Shown: positions 9,443 through 20,798 of the stretch, one piece after another | Position numbering within the stretch: position 1 is the stretch's first letter | Layout: every line of letters begins with the position of its first letter | From: an uncultured delta proteobacterium | Lineage (GTDB): Bacteria; Desulfobacterota; Desulfuromonadia; Geobacterales; DSM-12255 | Reading direction: 5' to 3' | Assembly (NCBI GenBank): GCA_963787125.1 | Contig: CAWBBV010000002.1 | Span: 32,001 to 96,000, forward strand | DNA: 64,000 bases | The notes under the pieces: generated by a model | What the model was told of the DNA's origin: nothing | Seen by the model: only the letters and a program-made list of their open reading frames with translations | Databases searched by the model: none | Position numbers and translations under genes: made by a program

Positions 9443-10656
9443 ATGGCAACCACAGACGAACTGCTCGACATTTTGATGAAGAACTACAAGAAGCCCGAAG
9501 ATTTGATTGGAGAGAACGGGCTTCTGAAGCAACTAACCAAAAGGTTGTTAGAACGGGCAATGCAAGCCGAGCTGACTGAGCACCTTAGTTATGAGAAACA
9601 TGCTCCCAGCGGCAAGAACAGTGGCAATTCCCGTAACGGTGGTTATAATAAAACCATCACTGGTGATTTTGGCAACCTCGATATTACTACACCTCGTGAC
9701 CGCAATTCAACGTTTGAACCGGTCATCCTACCCAAAGGTGAAACCCGCTTTACTGGCTTTGATGACAAGATCATTTCCATGTACGCCCGAGGCATGACCA
9801 CTCGTGACATTCAAGGGCATCTGCAAGAGATTTACGGGATAGATGTATCACCCGCCCTGATTTCCCAAGTTACCGACGCAATCAGTGAGGAAGTAATCCT
9901 TTGGCAGAACCGACCACTGGACGATGTCTACCCTATCGTCTATCTTGATGCTGTCCGGATCAAGGTGCGCCACGATAGCAGGGTCATCAACAAGGCGGTA
10001 TATCTTGCTATCGGTGTCAACATGGACGGCATCAAAGAAGTTCTCGGCATGTGGACAGCCGAAAACGAGGGGGCCAAGTTCTGGCTTCAGGTTGTTACCG
10101 AACTGAAGAACCGTGGAGTCAAAGACATCTTCATCGCCTGCGTGGATGGCCTCAAGGGATTCCCTGAGGCAATAGAGGCAATCTTTTCCAAAACCCAGAT
10201 TCAGCTTTGCATCGTTCATATGGTGCGCCACAGCCTGAACTACGTCTCTTGGAAACAACGCAAAGAAGTGGCAGATGACCTCAAGACGATTTACCAAGCC
10301 TCAACAGTCGAACTGGCAGAGAGAAATCTTGAAGCTATTACCGCCAAATGGGATGTCAGCCATCCGTCAATTTCAAAATCATGGCGGAACAACTGGGAGC
10401 GGATCATACCGCTGTTTGCATATCCAGCAGATATTCGCAAGGCGATTTATACGACCAACGCCATCGAATCCATGAACATGTCACTCCGCAAGGTTACCAA
10501 AAACCGAGGTCACTTTCCAGTGACGAAGCCATGTTCAAGCTGTTGTACCTGGCTCTGAGGAACATTGCCAAAAAATGGACAATGCCTATCAAGGACTGGA
10601 AATCAGCATTGAACCAATTCAGCATTCTGTTTGAAGATAGAATGCCACACCATTAG
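9443..10656 (+). pseudogene. IS256-family transposase, frameshifted near 10515
   Basis: NSRNG, PRDR..FEP, MYARGMTTRDI, YLDA, VDGLKG, QLCIVH, IYTTNAIE; C-terminus SDEAMFKLLYLA...FEDR is in another frame. Confidence 0.88.
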
Positions 10657-10773
10657 AGTTTTTGGCGTTCAACAGATTATTTAGGGATTTTTGGTTGTAA
10701 TTTACCGGAATAACGATATTGTTTTCTTCAACAGTACTGTTTCAGGAGAGGTCCCAAGTGGCAATACTATTGC

Positions 10774-10842
<69 letters not shown>

Positions 10843-11035
10843 AAAAATCTCTTCCTGACAAATACTGCTGTCAACAATTATTCTGATTGATGCCAATATA
10901 AACCGGCGTTGCGGTCTTTTCCGTGCGCCGGTTTTCGTTTAAATGTAGTGACTCTGGTTTTAAAAAGGACTGCCATGAATAAAGGTACGCTGATAAAAAT
11001 CCTGGCGGTTATACGCGGGGTAGTGTGATTAGGGG

Positions 11036-14000
11036 GTGACCATGTTTTCCACACTTGAAAGGAGTTGCTCATCTACTCCAATTATTTGGCGGGGGTTCAG
11101 TAGAGCCTTGCCGGTATTCTTTATTGCCCTTTTTCTTTCGCTATTTGCAAGCATGGCTACACAAACTTCGGCATCTGCCAATCAATCTCCTCCCAACAGT
11201 ACAAAACCTGTTACCTCCAATCAAGAACAAAAAGACACGCTGATCGTCGGAAGTGAACAGGACTATCCCCCTTTTGCTTCAGGTATGACCGATGACACCG
11301 CAGGTGGTTTTACCGTTGATCTGTGGAAGGCCGTTGCCGCTGAAGCAGGCTTGAACTATTCAATCCGTGTACACCCTTTTAATCAGGTACTGCAGGGATT
11401 CAAAGAGGGCACAATCAATGTCCTGATCAATCTCGCAATTTCTGATGCGCGCCGTCAATTCGCCGATTTCAGCGTTCCCCATGTCACCGTCCATGGTGCG
11501 ATCTTTGTACGCAAAGGCGAGTCAGGCATCCACACAGAAGAAGACCTTGCCGGGAAATCCATTATCGTACTCAAAGCCGATCTGGCACACGACTACGCTG
11601 TATCCAAAGGGTGGGAGAAACAACTGGTTCTGGTGGACACTGCCGCTGAAGGCTTGCGGCTCTTGGCGTCGGGCAAGCACGACGCTATGCTGCTGGCTAA
11701 ACTGGCCGGAATACTGACGTTGAATGAAACGAAACTGACCAATATTAAAGCGCTGAAAACCAAGGCAGGGTTCTCACAAAAGTTTGCCTTTGCTGTACCG
11801 CATGGACAGGCTGAGTTGTTGGGCAAGCTCAACGAGGGATTGGCGCTCACCAAGTCCAATGGAACGTATGACGCACTGTACGAAAAATGGTTCGGTATTT
11901 ATGAGGTAAAAGAAGTCGGTCTGCGCGATATACTGAAGTACATCATTCCTTTAGTCGTGCTCTTCCTCGGTTTCGCGGGGTATTTCCTCTATCGACGATA
12001 CGTTGAACGCAAAGAGGCAGAAAGGAAATATCGCGATCTTTATGACAATGCGCCAGACATGTTTTTGTCGATCGAAGCGAGGGGTGCCGCTATCACCGAT
12101 TGCAATCAGACTTTGCTGAACGTCACGGGTTTGTCCAGGGAAGAAGTAGTAGGTAGTTCTATGTACGAACTTTTCCACTCAGATTGTGCCGACCAGGCCA
12201 GGGATGCGTTTCAGGCTTTCATAGTCAGCAAAGAAACACTTGATGTGGAGCTCACATTGCGGTGCAAGAACGGTAATAAAATCTATGTGAGCATGAATGC
12301 TTCGGCAGTATGCGATGAACGCGGCATCACACTACACAGTCGCACGACATTGCGCGATATCACCGAGCGCAAGCTGGCGGAAGAGGAGCTCCACCGGATA
12401 AGCAAGCTCTTGGAAATGATTTTCGAGAATATCCCGAACATGATCTTCCTCAAGGAGGCCAGAGAACTCCGGTTCGTTCGCTTCAACCAAGCTGGAGAGG
12501 AACTGTTGGGCTATTCCAGAGAAAACCTGATGGGGAAGAACGACTACGACTTCTTCCCGGAGGAGCAGGCCGACTTCTTTACAAAGAAGGACCGGGAGGT
12601 ACTGCATCTGGGGGGGATTCTGGATATCCCTGAAGAAGCACTGCAGACCCTCAACAGGGGAACCCGAACTCTTCACACCAAAAAAGTACCGATCTTGGAT
12701 TTCGATGGAAAACCGGAGTTCCTGCTTGGTATCTCTGAAGACATCACTGAGCGAAAGTTAAGGGAATCATATCGAGAAATGGGACGGGAAATCCTACTGA
12801 TACTTAACGAGCCTGGAGATATCCAGGATTCAGTCAAGCGCGTTCTTACCGTATTGAAGACATATACAGGGTTTGATGCGATCGGCATTCGTCTTCAAGA
12901 GGGGGATGACTTTCCGTATGTTACCCAAGAAGGTTTTTCCAAAGAGTTTCTGCGGACGGAAAACAAATTAGTCGAATGTGACGCTGATGGCAAAGTGTGT
13001 CGAGACAATGACTGTAACGTCAGGCTAGAATGTACCTGCGGTCTGGTTATTTCTGGTAAGACAGACTCGACTAATCCGCTATTCACTGATGGTGGAAGCT
13101 TCTGGACGAACAATTCCATAGCATTGCTCGACCTGCCGACTGAGCGGGATCCTCGGTATCATCCACGTAACAAGTGTATGCACGACGGCTATACCTCCTT
13201 AGCTCTGATACCAATTCGGGATAACGACAGGATCGTAGGCCTTATCCACCTCAATGATCGGCGCACAGGATGTTTCACTCTCGAAACGATTGAATTCGTG
13301 GAAGGAATAGCATCGCAAATCGGAGTAGCACTGATGCGCAAGCGCGTAGAAGAAGAAAATTTGGCACTTGAACAGCAACTCCAGCGGTCACGGAAGCTAG
13401 AGAGCCTCGGTGTCCTGGCCGGCGGCATCGCCCATAACTTCAATAACCTTCTGCAGGTCATAATTGGAAATTGTGCTCTGGCAAAGATGACACCGGAAAC
13501 CTCAAAAAAATGTATCCCGAATATAGAACTGGCCGCAGAGAGTGCTGCTGAACTATGTCGGCAGATGATGGACTACGCTAAAAATGGCGAAGCTATCCAG
13601 ACACAGGTCAATATGCGTGCTCTGGTGGATGATCAAATCAATATATTGAACTCTTCCCAACGCCAGAATCTGGTGATCAGAGCAACTCTTCCTGCAGAAA
13701 TTACATTCATCAAGGGCGATGCCAGCCAGTTAAAACAGATCGTCATGAATCTAATCATCAATGCATGCGAAGCCATCGGTGAAGAGCAGGGTTTGATTAC
13801 AGTATCGCTTGTCGAGTTGGAGGTAAAAGCCGGTAAAACTGAGAGGGACTATCTGGGTCAAGTCATACCACCTGGATGGTATGTTTATCTGGAAGTAACC
13901 GACAGTGGTTGCGGCATGGACGAGGAGACAAAACGTCACATATTCGAACCATTCTACACTACCAAATTCACAGGACGCGGTCTGGGGATGTCGGCAACCC

Positions 14001-14533
14001 TCGGCATCATCACCGCGCATAAGGGGGCATTGCAACTGACCAGTCAACAGGGACAGGGAACAACCGTCAAAGTTTATCTACCTGTTGCGGCACGTGACGC
14101 CAGCGGAGACGAAGTTTGTGAGCAGACAGCCTCTGGTCCGTGGCAGGGAAGCGGCACGATACTGTTGGTAGAAGATGAAGAGCAGGTCAAAGCTGTTGCA
14201 AAAGAGATGTTGGAGGCACTTGGTTTCACGGTTCTTGAAGCAACAAACGGCAAGGAAGCGTTGGAGTTGTACAAGAAAGCTGCTGAAGAAATCACCCTTG
14301 TTGTAACAGACATTGGCATGCCGGTCATGGACGGCTATGCGTTATTCAGGGATCTGAAAAAGCTTGACCCATCACTGCCGATCATCATTTCCAGCGGTTT
14401 TGGGGATGACGAAGTTACCTCCAGGATCCCTCGCAAGGCTATAGCCGGCCTGATCAGCAAGCCGTACCGGTTTGACCAGTTGCGTGATGTGCTGAAGGTG
14501 GGTTGTGGAGGGAGTACAGTAAGCCCGGTTTAA
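11036..14533 (+). CDS. Hybrid sensor histidine kinase (solute-binding domain, 2 PAS, GAF-like, HisKA/HATPase, receiver); start uncertain
   Basis: VGSEQDYPPF, TM, PAS DITERK, GGIAHNFNN H-box, FEPFYTTK..GRGLG, ILLVEDE...TDIGMP. Confidence 0.92.
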   Translation: MTMFSTLERSCSSTPIIWRGFSRALPVFFIALFLSLFASMATQTSASANQSPPNSTKPVTSNQEQKDTLIVGSEQDYPPFASGMTDDTAGGFTVDLWKAVAAEAGLNYSIRVHPFNQVLQGFKEGTINVLINLAISDARRQFADFSVPHVTVHGAIFVRKGESGIHTEEDLAGKSIIVLKADLAHDYAVSKGWEKQLVLVDTAAEGLRLLASGKHDAMLLAKLAGILTLNETKLTNIKALKTKAGFSQKFAFAVPHGQAELLGKLNEGLALTKSNGTYDALYEKWFGIYEVKEVGLRDILKYIIPLVVLFLGFAGYFLYRRYVERKEAERKYRDLYDNAPDMFLSIEARGAAITDCNQTLLNVTGLSREEVVGSSMYELFHSDCADQARDAFQAFIVSKETLDVELTLRCKNGNKIYVSMNASAVCDERGITLHSRTTLRDITERKLAEEELHRISKLLEMIFENIPNMIFLKEARELRFVRFNQAGEELLGYSRENLMGKNDYDFFPEEQADFFTKKDREVLHLGGILDIPEEALQTLNRGTRTLHTKKVPILDFDGKPEFLLGISEDITERKLRESYREMGREILLILNEPGDIQDSVKRVLTVLKTYTGFDAIGIRLQEGDDFPYVTQEGFSKEFLRTENKLVECDADGKVCRDNDCNVRLECTCGLVISGKTDSTNPLFTDGGSFWTNNSIALLDLPTERDPRYHPRNKCMHDGYTSLALIPIRDNDRIVGLIHLNDRRTGCFTLETIEFVEGIASQIGVALMRKRVEEENLALEQQLQRSRKLESLGVLAGGIAHNFNNLLQVIIGNCALAKMTPETSKKCIPNIELAAESAAELCRQMMDYAKNGEAIQTQVNMRALVDDQINILNSSQRQNLVIRATLPAEITFIKGDASQLKQIVMNLIINACEAIGEEQGLITVSLVELEVKAGKTERDYLGQVIPPGWYVYLEVTDSGCGMDEETKRHIFEPFYTTKFTGRGLGMSATLGIITAHKGALQLTSQQGQGTTVKVYLPVAARDASGDEVCEQTASGPWQGSGTILLVEDEEQVKAVAKEMLEALGFTVLEATNGKEALELYKKAAEEITLVVTDIGMPVMDGYALFRDLKKLDPSLPIIISSGFGDDEVTSRIPRKAIAGLISKPYRFDQLRDVLKVGCGGSTVSPV

Positions 14534-14651
14534 GGGGAAAATTTACTAATTTGCAGGATAAAAACCAGCTTCAACTATTACCGAAAAGTTGTTTACACAA
14601 ATAGATTGACAGGTCCATTCAAACGCCCGATTGGCTGACAATGCCGGTATC

Positions 14652-15056
14652 TCAAAGGTCTCCAGTCAATCGCTGCAATTCATACAACTTGGGATTGACA
14701 CTCCTGACGCATTCGATCATCTCCTTGAGCTGCTCTTCATCCAGCCCGAGTTCTTCATCTTTCTCCTGAAAATACGGATACCCTTTTGGTAGCGGCGAAT
14801 AAGTTCCGTCTTTGAGTAAAGATGCATCCACATGGTCATTAACCCTACCGATTGCTTCCCACGGATCACGATAGGTAAACTGGCGGGCGACAATGTGAAG
14901 CTCAAGGCCGTTGGGGAAGACGCTGCGGACTTCAAAAGAAAACTCCCGGGGAGCGCTGTAATGTTCGCTCCGCCCGGAACGGGCCATGACACTTGCCCCG
15001 GCAACCTCCAGCAGTTCCCGCACCGAATCTACTGTCATCGTTTTCCTGTCTTCCAT
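14652..15056 (-). CDS. Hypothetical protein
   Basis: Clean ORF with GGAG RBS, co-oriented with the upstream operon. Confidence 0.65.
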   Translation of the reverse strand: MEDRKTMTVDSVRELLEVAGASVMARSGRSEHYSAPREFSFEVRSVFPNGLELHIVARQFTYRDPWEAIGRVNDHVDASLLKDGTYSPLPKGYPYFQEKDEELGLDEEQLKEMIECVRSVNPKLYELQRLTGDL

Positions 15057-15071
15057 CCTTAACTCCACAAA

Positions 15072-15860
15072 CTACTTTTTTTTGAATGGCAACACCAGCA
15101 ATGCAACAAAGGAAAGTGCTGTTGTTGCCCTGAACTCCCTGAGTCCAATGGTCATTCCGGGATGACCATCCTGAGGCTGCGCCCTGTAGGTGCCAAAAAG
15201 CCGGTCCCAAACCGGGATATTAAACCCGAAATTACTGTTGGTTTCACGCACAATGACAGAATGATGCACCCGGTGCATGTCAGGAGTCACTATGACAAGG
15301 CGCAACCACCGATCAATCTGCGGCTGAATCCTTATGTTACCATGATTGAACTGGGCCGCAGCATTGAGAATTGTCTCAAAAATGATGACTGCAGTAGCAG
15401 GTGCTCCGCATATCGCAACAGCAGCCAGCTTTATCAACAGGGAGATGATGATTTCCAGCGGGTGGAAACGATTGCCGGTGGTAACATCGATATCAAGGTC
15501 AGTATGGTGAACCCGGTGCAGCCGCCAGAGGAGGGGCTGATAATGAAAAACCAGATGCTGCAGATAGATAATCAGATCGAGAAAAATCAGGGCGGCTGCA
15601 ACCTTCACCCAACCGGGAAGTGACATGTTGTTCAGAAGCCCCCAACCGTTCACGTGCGCCATAACGGCCATACTGGCCGGAAGTATCGGCACAAGGAATC
15701 TTGGAACTACGGCATTGATTGCCACCAGGGAGAGATTTATCCGCCAACGTCTGCCTTTGCTGTCGCATAACTGACGGCACGGCGCCAGCCGCTCCCAAAG
15801 CGCAACCAGCAGAAAAGTTCCGCAAAAAAATGAGAGTCTGATGCTTTCCTCCGCGTGCAT
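15072..15860 (-). CDS. Sterol desaturase/fatty acid hydroxylase family membrane protein
   Basis: His boxes QHLVFH, LHRVHH, FNH, HRVHH; WDRLFGT. Confidence 0.9.
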   Translation of the reverse strand: MHAEESIRLSFFCGTFLLVALWERLAPCRQLCDSKGRRWRINLSLVAINAVVPRFLVPILPASMAVMAHVNGWGLLNNMSLPGWVKVAAALIFLDLIIYLQHLVFHYQPLLWRLHRVHHTDLDIDVTTGNRFHPLEIIISLLIKLAAVAICGAPATAVIIFETILNAAAQFNHGNIRIQPQIDRWLRLVIVTPDMHRVHHSVIVRETNSNFGFNIPVWDRLFGTYRAQPQDGHPGMTIGLREFRATTALSFVALLVLPFKKK

Positions 15861-15891
15861 ATACTCACCAGTCTCCACAAAATTGAACGTT

Positions 15892-16929
15892 TCACCATCT
15901 ACGCTGAAACCGTAAAGCCACATTTACCAGGCCTATCATCACCGGAACCTCCACCAGCGGGCCGATGACCGCGGCAAAGGCTGCTCCGGAGTTAAGACCG
16001 AAAACCGCAACTGACACTGCTATTGCCAGCTCGAAATTGTTGCTTGCCGCCGTAAAGGCAAGGGTCGTGGTCTTGCTGTAGTCAGCACCGAGCCGTTTAC
16101 CCATCCAGAACGATACCAGAAACATAACTACAAAGTAAATCAGCATCGGGATGGCGATCCGCAGGACATCCAACGGCAGTTGCACAATCAGATTCCCTTT
16201 AAGACTAAACATGACAACAATCGTAAAGAGCAGGGCTATCAGGGTCAACGGACTGATCTTCGGCACCACTTCCCTGTGATAACGCTCTTTACCCATGATC
16301 TTCACACCGATGAAGCGGGTCAAGGCACCGGCCATGCACGGTACCCCCAGGTAGATGAAAACACTTTCGGCAATCTGCCGTATGCTGACATCAACAGCCA
16401 TCCCTTTGAGACCGACCATGGGCGGCAGAATTGTTATGAAAAACCAGGCGTAGATGCTGTAAAACAGCACCTGAAAAACGCTGTTAAAAGCTACCAGTCC
16501 GGCAGCGTACTCGGTGTTCCCTTCAGCCAACTCGTTCCAGACAATAACCATGGCTATGCAGCGCGCCAGTCCGATCATGATCAACCCGACCATGTACTCA
16601 GGCTTGTCCGGCAGCAGCAGCGCAGCCAGCACAAACATGAGCACCGGCCCGATCAGCCAGTTCTGCACCAAAGAGATACCAAGTATCCGCTTGTTCTTGA
16701 AGACCTCCGGCATATCCTCGTACTTCACCTTGGCAAAGGGTGGATACATCATCACAATCAGACCGGCAGCAATCGGAATATTGGTTGTCCCGACCTGAAA
16801 TCGGTTAATGAACTGCTCTACACCCGGCATAAAATATCCCAGACCGATTCCGGCTGCCATGGCGGCGAAGATCCAGAGCGTCAGCCAGCGATCAAGGAAA
16901 GACAATTTTCGGGAAAGATGTTCACTCAC
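15892..16929 (-). CDS. acr3: ACR3-family arsenite efflux transporter
   Basis: [36 protein letters not shown]. Confidence 0.96.
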   Translation of the reverse strand: MSEHLSRKLSFLDRWLTLWIFAAMAAGIGLGYFMPGVEQFINRFQVGTTNIPIAAGLIVMMYPPFAKVKYEDMPEVFKNKRILGISLVQNWLIGPVLMFVLAALLLPDKPEYMVGLIMIGLARCIAMVIVWNELAEGNTEYAAGLVAFNSVFQVLFYSIYAWFFITILPPMVGLKGMAVDVSIRQIAESVFIYLGVPCMAGALTRFIGVKIMGKERYHREVVPKISPLTLIALLFTIVVMFSLKGNLIVQLPLDVLRIAIPMLIYFVVMFLVSFWMGKRLGADYSKTTTLAFTAASNNFELAIAVSVAVFGLNSGAAFAAVIGPLVEVPVMIGLVNVALRFQRRW

Positions 16930-17345
16930 GATTGTTCTCCTGTCAGATATTTGGTCAATTTCTGGCGCAAGTCATCCCGGACCCGCCGGAACTCAGGCAA
17001 CAGCTCCTCGGCTTCCCCTGATATCTGTGAAGGGTCATCGAAGCCGATGTGCACTCGCTTGACCCCTCCGAAGAACAGGGGGCACTGTTCGTTGGCAGCG
17101 CCGCAGAGAGTGATAACATGGTCAAACTTTAGACCTTCAAACTCAGCGATAGTTTTGGAGTAGTGGTGCGAAATATCTATACCCAGTTCAAGCATCACCC
17201 GACTGGCCAGAGGGTTGACCCGCGTAGCCTCGGTTCCTGCGGATAAAGCCTGAAAACCGTCGCTCAGGAAATGGTTCACCAGACCTTCAGCCATCTGGGA
17301 ACGGCAGGAATTGTGAGTACAAAGAAAAAGTATGCGCTGTTTCAT
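16926..17345 (-). CDS. arsC: Arsenate reductase (thioredoxin/LMW-PTP type)
   Basis: [20 protein letters not shown]...CP, FDDP. Confidence 0.93.
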   Translation of the reverse strand: MKQRILFLCTHNSCRSQMAEGLVNHFLSDGFQALSAGTEATRVNPLASRVMLELGIDISHHYSKTIAEFEGLKFDHVITLCGAANEQCPLFFGGVKRVHIGFDDPSQISGEAEELLPEFRRVRDDLRQKLTKYLTGEQS

Positions 17346-17482
17346 TGGGTCAATGACCTCCTTGCACGGGATGCGTCAAGAGTATATCTGCTCATACGGA
17401 TTTATCAAGAGCTTTATATCCGGCTATGCAGATACAAGCGACTTCTTGACCATAGCCGCCATCTGCATTATAAATATCTGCC

Positions 17483-17830
17483 ATGAAACATCTTGCCCAA
17501 ACCATCAAAGCCCTGTCTGATCCGATCCGCCTGCGGATCGTCCTCCTGCTGCAAGCCGAAGGGGAGCTTTGTGTCTGCGACCTGATGGCAGTGCTCAAAC
17601 TGCCCCAGTCCACGGTATCGCGCCACCTTGCCTACCTGAAACGGAGCTGTTGGGTCGATACCCGTCGCCAGGGGCTCTGGATGTACTACACGCTCAGCAG
17701 GGAGAGCTGCTCAATCTGCACGGAAATATTGACGACACTCAGGCAGCATGCCGGCGACCTCCCTGAAGCAAGCGCCGATCGCAAGGCTCTTGCCGATTTT
17801 CTGAATATCAAACCCACGCTCTGCACTTGA
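17483..17830 (+). CDS. arsR: ArsR/SmtB transcriptional repressor
   Basis: KALSDPIRLRI, ELCVCDL, QSTVSRHL; divergent from arsC-acr3. Confidence 0.92.
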   Translation: MKHLAQTIKALSDPIRLRIVLLLQAEGELCVCDLMAVLKLPQSTVSRHLAYLKRSCWVDTRRQGLWMYYTLSRESCSICTEILTTLRQHAGDLPEASADRKALADFLNIKPTLCT

Positions 17831-17833
17831 ACA

Positions 17834-17867
17834 AAGAAAGGCCGGTCAAAAATGACCGGCCTTTCTT
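17834..17867. terminator. Bidirectional terminator
   Basis: AAGAAAGGCCGGTCA-aaaa-TGACCGGCCTTTCTT. Confidence 0.85.
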
Positions 17868-17916
17868 AACGTCAAACCTGTTGTGCATGAACGCATAATG
17901 CTCAAAACGAGGAGAA

Positions 17917-18609
17917 TTACTGCGGCTGCAGCTTCAGGATAACGGCAACCTCCTGCTGCATGTTTTTAGGGTCAATCATGGCCATCTGGAGTAATGAGCC
18001 CCAGCTCTTCAGCCCTTTTTTCACCTCAAAATAGATCTGTCTGGCCGACTGTTTCATCTTGACGGCAATCACAGTGGCAATAATCAGTTCCTGATTGGAA
18101 GCCCCCGCTTTTCGTAATGCTACCAGCTCGGCGTCAGTCAGCAAGCGCTGCTGGAGGAACAGTTCATCAACCACGGCGTCGGCCAGACGGGAAGTTGACG
18201 ACCTGGTGTTCAGGGCGCTTGCGAAGCGGCCGCCAACGGTTTTTGGGGGAATCCGCAGTGGGGCAAGGACATCCGGCCACGCTTCCTGAGTCTTTTTTGC
18301 CTGAAGCAGAGACTCCGCAGAAGTATTCCCTTTAGACGCGACCCAATAGGCAATCCAGAGATCATCAGAAGATGTTCCTTGCTGCTTTTTCATGACGATG
18401 GTTTTCTTGTCAACATTGAACATATTCGCAAAAAAGGAGTTCTGGGTTGTGGCCAGAAAGTATGGGTCGGCCAGCGCCGGCTGGGCCGGATTGAAGGAGC
18501 GATCGGTAAAGCAGTGACAGGTAATGGCAGGGATGGCCAGCACCGGCAGCGGCAGGGCGAGGAGAGCGGCAAGGCTGAGCAGACAGATTGTAGTGCTGAT
18601 ATGGCGCAT
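17917..18609 (-). CDS. Exported hypothetical protein with N-terminal CHC motif
   Basis: Signal-peptide-like N-terminus followed by ITCHCF. Confidence 0.7.
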   Translation of the reverse strand: MRHISTTICLLSLAALLALPLPVLAIPAITCHCFTDRSFNPAQPALADPYFLATTQNSFFANMFNVDKKTIVMKKQQGTSSDDLWIAYWVASKGNTSAESLLQAKKTQEAWPDVLAPLRIPPKTVGGRFASALNTRSSTSRLADAVVDELFLQQRLLTDAELVALRKAGASNQELIIATVIAVKMKQSARQIYFEVKKGLKSWGSLLQMAMIDPKNMQQEVAVILKLQPQ

Positions 18610-18704
18610 AAGGCGGCCTCCGGGCAGACAGGTCTCTACAGGAAGTAATTTCCCATAGACTCGAGGCGGCAGCCTTGATGCAAATCAAAGTATTAAAAAT
18701 AGTA

Positions 18705-19415
18705 CTACTGTAGCCAGCGTCCCACGCTCCCCACCCCCTGCCATACAAACCAACCACCCACCAGGGCCACCACCAGTCCGCTGATCCGTTTGGCCCAGAG
18801 GGAGAAGTTGGCAACCCCGCGGGCCTTGACAAAGCCTTCAACAAAACCGGTGAAAGTCCCGGCCAGCAGCATCAGCAGGCAGTGACCGATGGCATAGGTG
18901 AAGAGCAGGGCAATACTGTACAGGACCTGCCCCTTACCGGCAACGACGGTCAGCAGCACCACCAGTACCGGAGTGGCACAGGGAGAGGAGACAACCCCGA
19001 AGAAAAGCCCCAAAAGAAATGAACCAAAGAGACCGCCACGCTTCGGCTTGAAATCCCGCTTTATGGGGATGTGGATCTCGTAGAGCCCCATTAACTGGCC
19101 ACCCATGAGCAGTGCTACACCTCCGGCAAACAGATACCACTTGCCGCCAAGGGTGCCGAACATGGTCCCCAGGAGGCCGGCAGCTGCACCGAAACCGGTA
19201 AAGGTCAGCGACAGACCGGTAATAAACGTCAGGGAATAACGAAAAGCTTTCCAGCGGTCACCATCGCTGTAGCCGCCGACAAAGCCGACCACCAGCGGGA
19301 TGGTCGCCAGCACACAGGGGGAGGCAGACGAAAGTACTCCGGCCAGGAAAACTGCGCCAAAGGCCAACAGCGGGTAGGCAGCAACGAGTTGCTCGAAGTT
19401 GTCGAGAAAGGTCAT
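18705..19415 (-). CDS. ccdA: CcdA/DsbD-type membrane electron transporter
   Basis: SASPCVL and SSPCATP motifs; multiple TM helices. Confidence 0.88.
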   Translation of the reverse strand: MTFLDNFEQLVAAYPLLAFGAVFLAGVLSSASPCVLATIPLVVGFVGGYSDGDRWKAFRYSLTFITGLSLTFTGFGAAAGLLGTMFGTLGGKWYLFAGGVALLMGGQLMGLYEIHIPIKRDFKPKRGGLFGSFLLGLFFGVVSSPCATPVLVVLLTVVAGKGQVLYSIALLFTYAIGHCLLMLLAGTFTGFVEGFVKARGVANFSLWAKRISGLVVALVGGWFVWQGVGSVGRWLQ

Positions 19416-19789
19416 TGCAGCCCCGCCGCCTTTAACTCCTTGAGGATGTCGGTTTTATCCATGAAGCCGATATGGCGCTTGACCTCTTTCCCTTTAGCGT
19501 CAAAGAATACCTGGGTCGGGATCATCCGGATCTTGAATCTATCGGCAGCGGCGTTGTCTTCATGCACGTCGATGAACAGGACGTTGGCTTTACCCCTGTA
19601 TTCCCGGGAGAGTTTTTCCAGAATCGGTGCCATTTTCTTGCAGGGTATACAGGTTCGCGCTCCCAGGTCGATAACCGTCGGCTTGCCGGAAACCATGGCC
19701 TGATTGATCATTGCGGTTGCCGCTGAGGGGAGTTCGGCATGAGCTGTGGTCGAAGTCAGAAGCAGCAGGAAAATGATCACCGTTTTCAT
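19412..19789 (-). CDS. Exported thioredoxin-family protein
   Basis: Signal peptide, CIPC, IPT cis-Pro loop. Confidence 0.88.
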   Translation of the reverse strand: MKTVIIFLLLLTSTTAHAELPSAATAMINQAMVSGKPTVIDLGARTCIPCKKMAPILEKLSREYRGKANVLFIDVHEDNAAADRFKIRMIPTQVFFDAKGKEVKRHIGFMDKTDILKELKAAGLQ

Positions 19790-20016
19790 GGCAGCAATCC
19801 CTTGATTTCTGCTGCCGAAGCGACCTTGCCGGAGAATTTCACCTGACCATCGATCACCAGGGCCGGGGTGCTCATAACACCATATTTCATGATGGAGGGG
19901 ATGTCCTCCACTTTGATAACCTCTGCTGACTTGCCGCTCTCTGCCAGGGCCTTTTTGGTGTTTTCATAAAGCGTCTTACATTTTGCACAACCGCTGCCGA
20001 GGACTTCGATCTTCAT
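19786..20016 (-). CDS. Small redox-active disulfide protein (thioredoxin-like)
   Basis: MKIEVLGSGCAKC...YGVMSTPALVIDG. Confidence 0.9.
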   Translation of the reverse strand: MKIEVLGSGCAKCKTLYENTKKALAESGKSAEVIKVEDIPSIMKYGVMSTPALVIDGQVKFSGKVASAAEIKGLLP

Positions 20017-20035
20017 GGCTACGTCTCCTTATCTG

Positions 20036-20686
20036 TTAGTTTTCATTGCTACAGTTGCAAGAACAGCTGAGTCCTTGTGCTTTCAGGAAAGCTTCACGCC
20101 CCTCCCTGAAACTCAGCCATGAGATCAGAATAGCACCAAGAGCATCCAAGCTGCCGATGCCGGTTAATTCATAGCCGATACTGGTGCTCATAAGCACGAC
20201 AGAGAGATAGACGCACGCTCTGGAACATGCGGCGTCAGCAAGTATCGCCTGAGAATTGAGCGCTGTCCCGACGACTGTCTTCTGCCGTATCAGAAACCAC
20301 ATGAAGGCAATGGATATGGTAGAGATGACTAAACCCCACAGGGTCGTCTCCGGCTTGTGATGCTGATAGAGATTCATTCCCGCCATCAGCAACAGTCCGG
20401 CAGTCAGAAGATAAAAGGCTCCACCGGTAATCCGCAGTGCCCGTTGTTCAAAGTCGTCGCGGGTTTCGCCTTCGTTCGACCTGATCCTGCGGAGCATATG
20501 CCAGACGCCGACTGCCGAAATCACCTCGATGAAGGAATCCACGCCGAAACCGAACAGAGCCAAAGTCTCATCAGCGGCGCCCAGCCAGACGGAGACAAGA
20601 CCTTCCAGCAGGTTATAGACGATGGTGAACAGCGCCAGATAATTGGCACGGGCGTAGAGATTCTCTTTCACGATAATTTTCTCCAT
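20036..20686 (-). CDS. Cation-efflux-like membrane protein with Cys-rich tail
   Basis: YNLLEG, FGFGVDSFIE, LADA; C-terminal SCSCNC. Confidence 0.8.
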   Translation of the reverse strand: MEKIIVKENLYARANYLALFTIVYNLLEGLVSVWLGAADETLALFGFGVDSFIEVISAVGVWHMLRRIRSNEGETRDDFEQRALRITGGAFYLLTAGLLLMAGMNLYQHHKPETTLWGLVISTISIAFMWFLIRQKTVVGTALNSQAILADAACSRACVYLSVVLMSTSIGYELTGIGSLDALGAILISWLSFREGREAFLKAQGLSCSCNCSNEN

Positions 20687-20743
20687 TTAGCGTCCAACAT
20701 CGCTACAGCAGCGTTTTTTAGTGGACAAATCAGGTGAATCACG

Positions 20744-20789
20744 CTTCGGCTCCGCTCAGCGCGCGCCTGTTCCCTGAGCGGAGCCGAAG
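20744..20789. repeat. REP-like GC-rich hairpin
   Basis: CTTCGGCTCCGCTCAG...CTGAGCGGAGCCGAAG, perfect 16-bp stem. Confidence 0.8.
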
Positions 20790-20798
20790 GAAACTACC

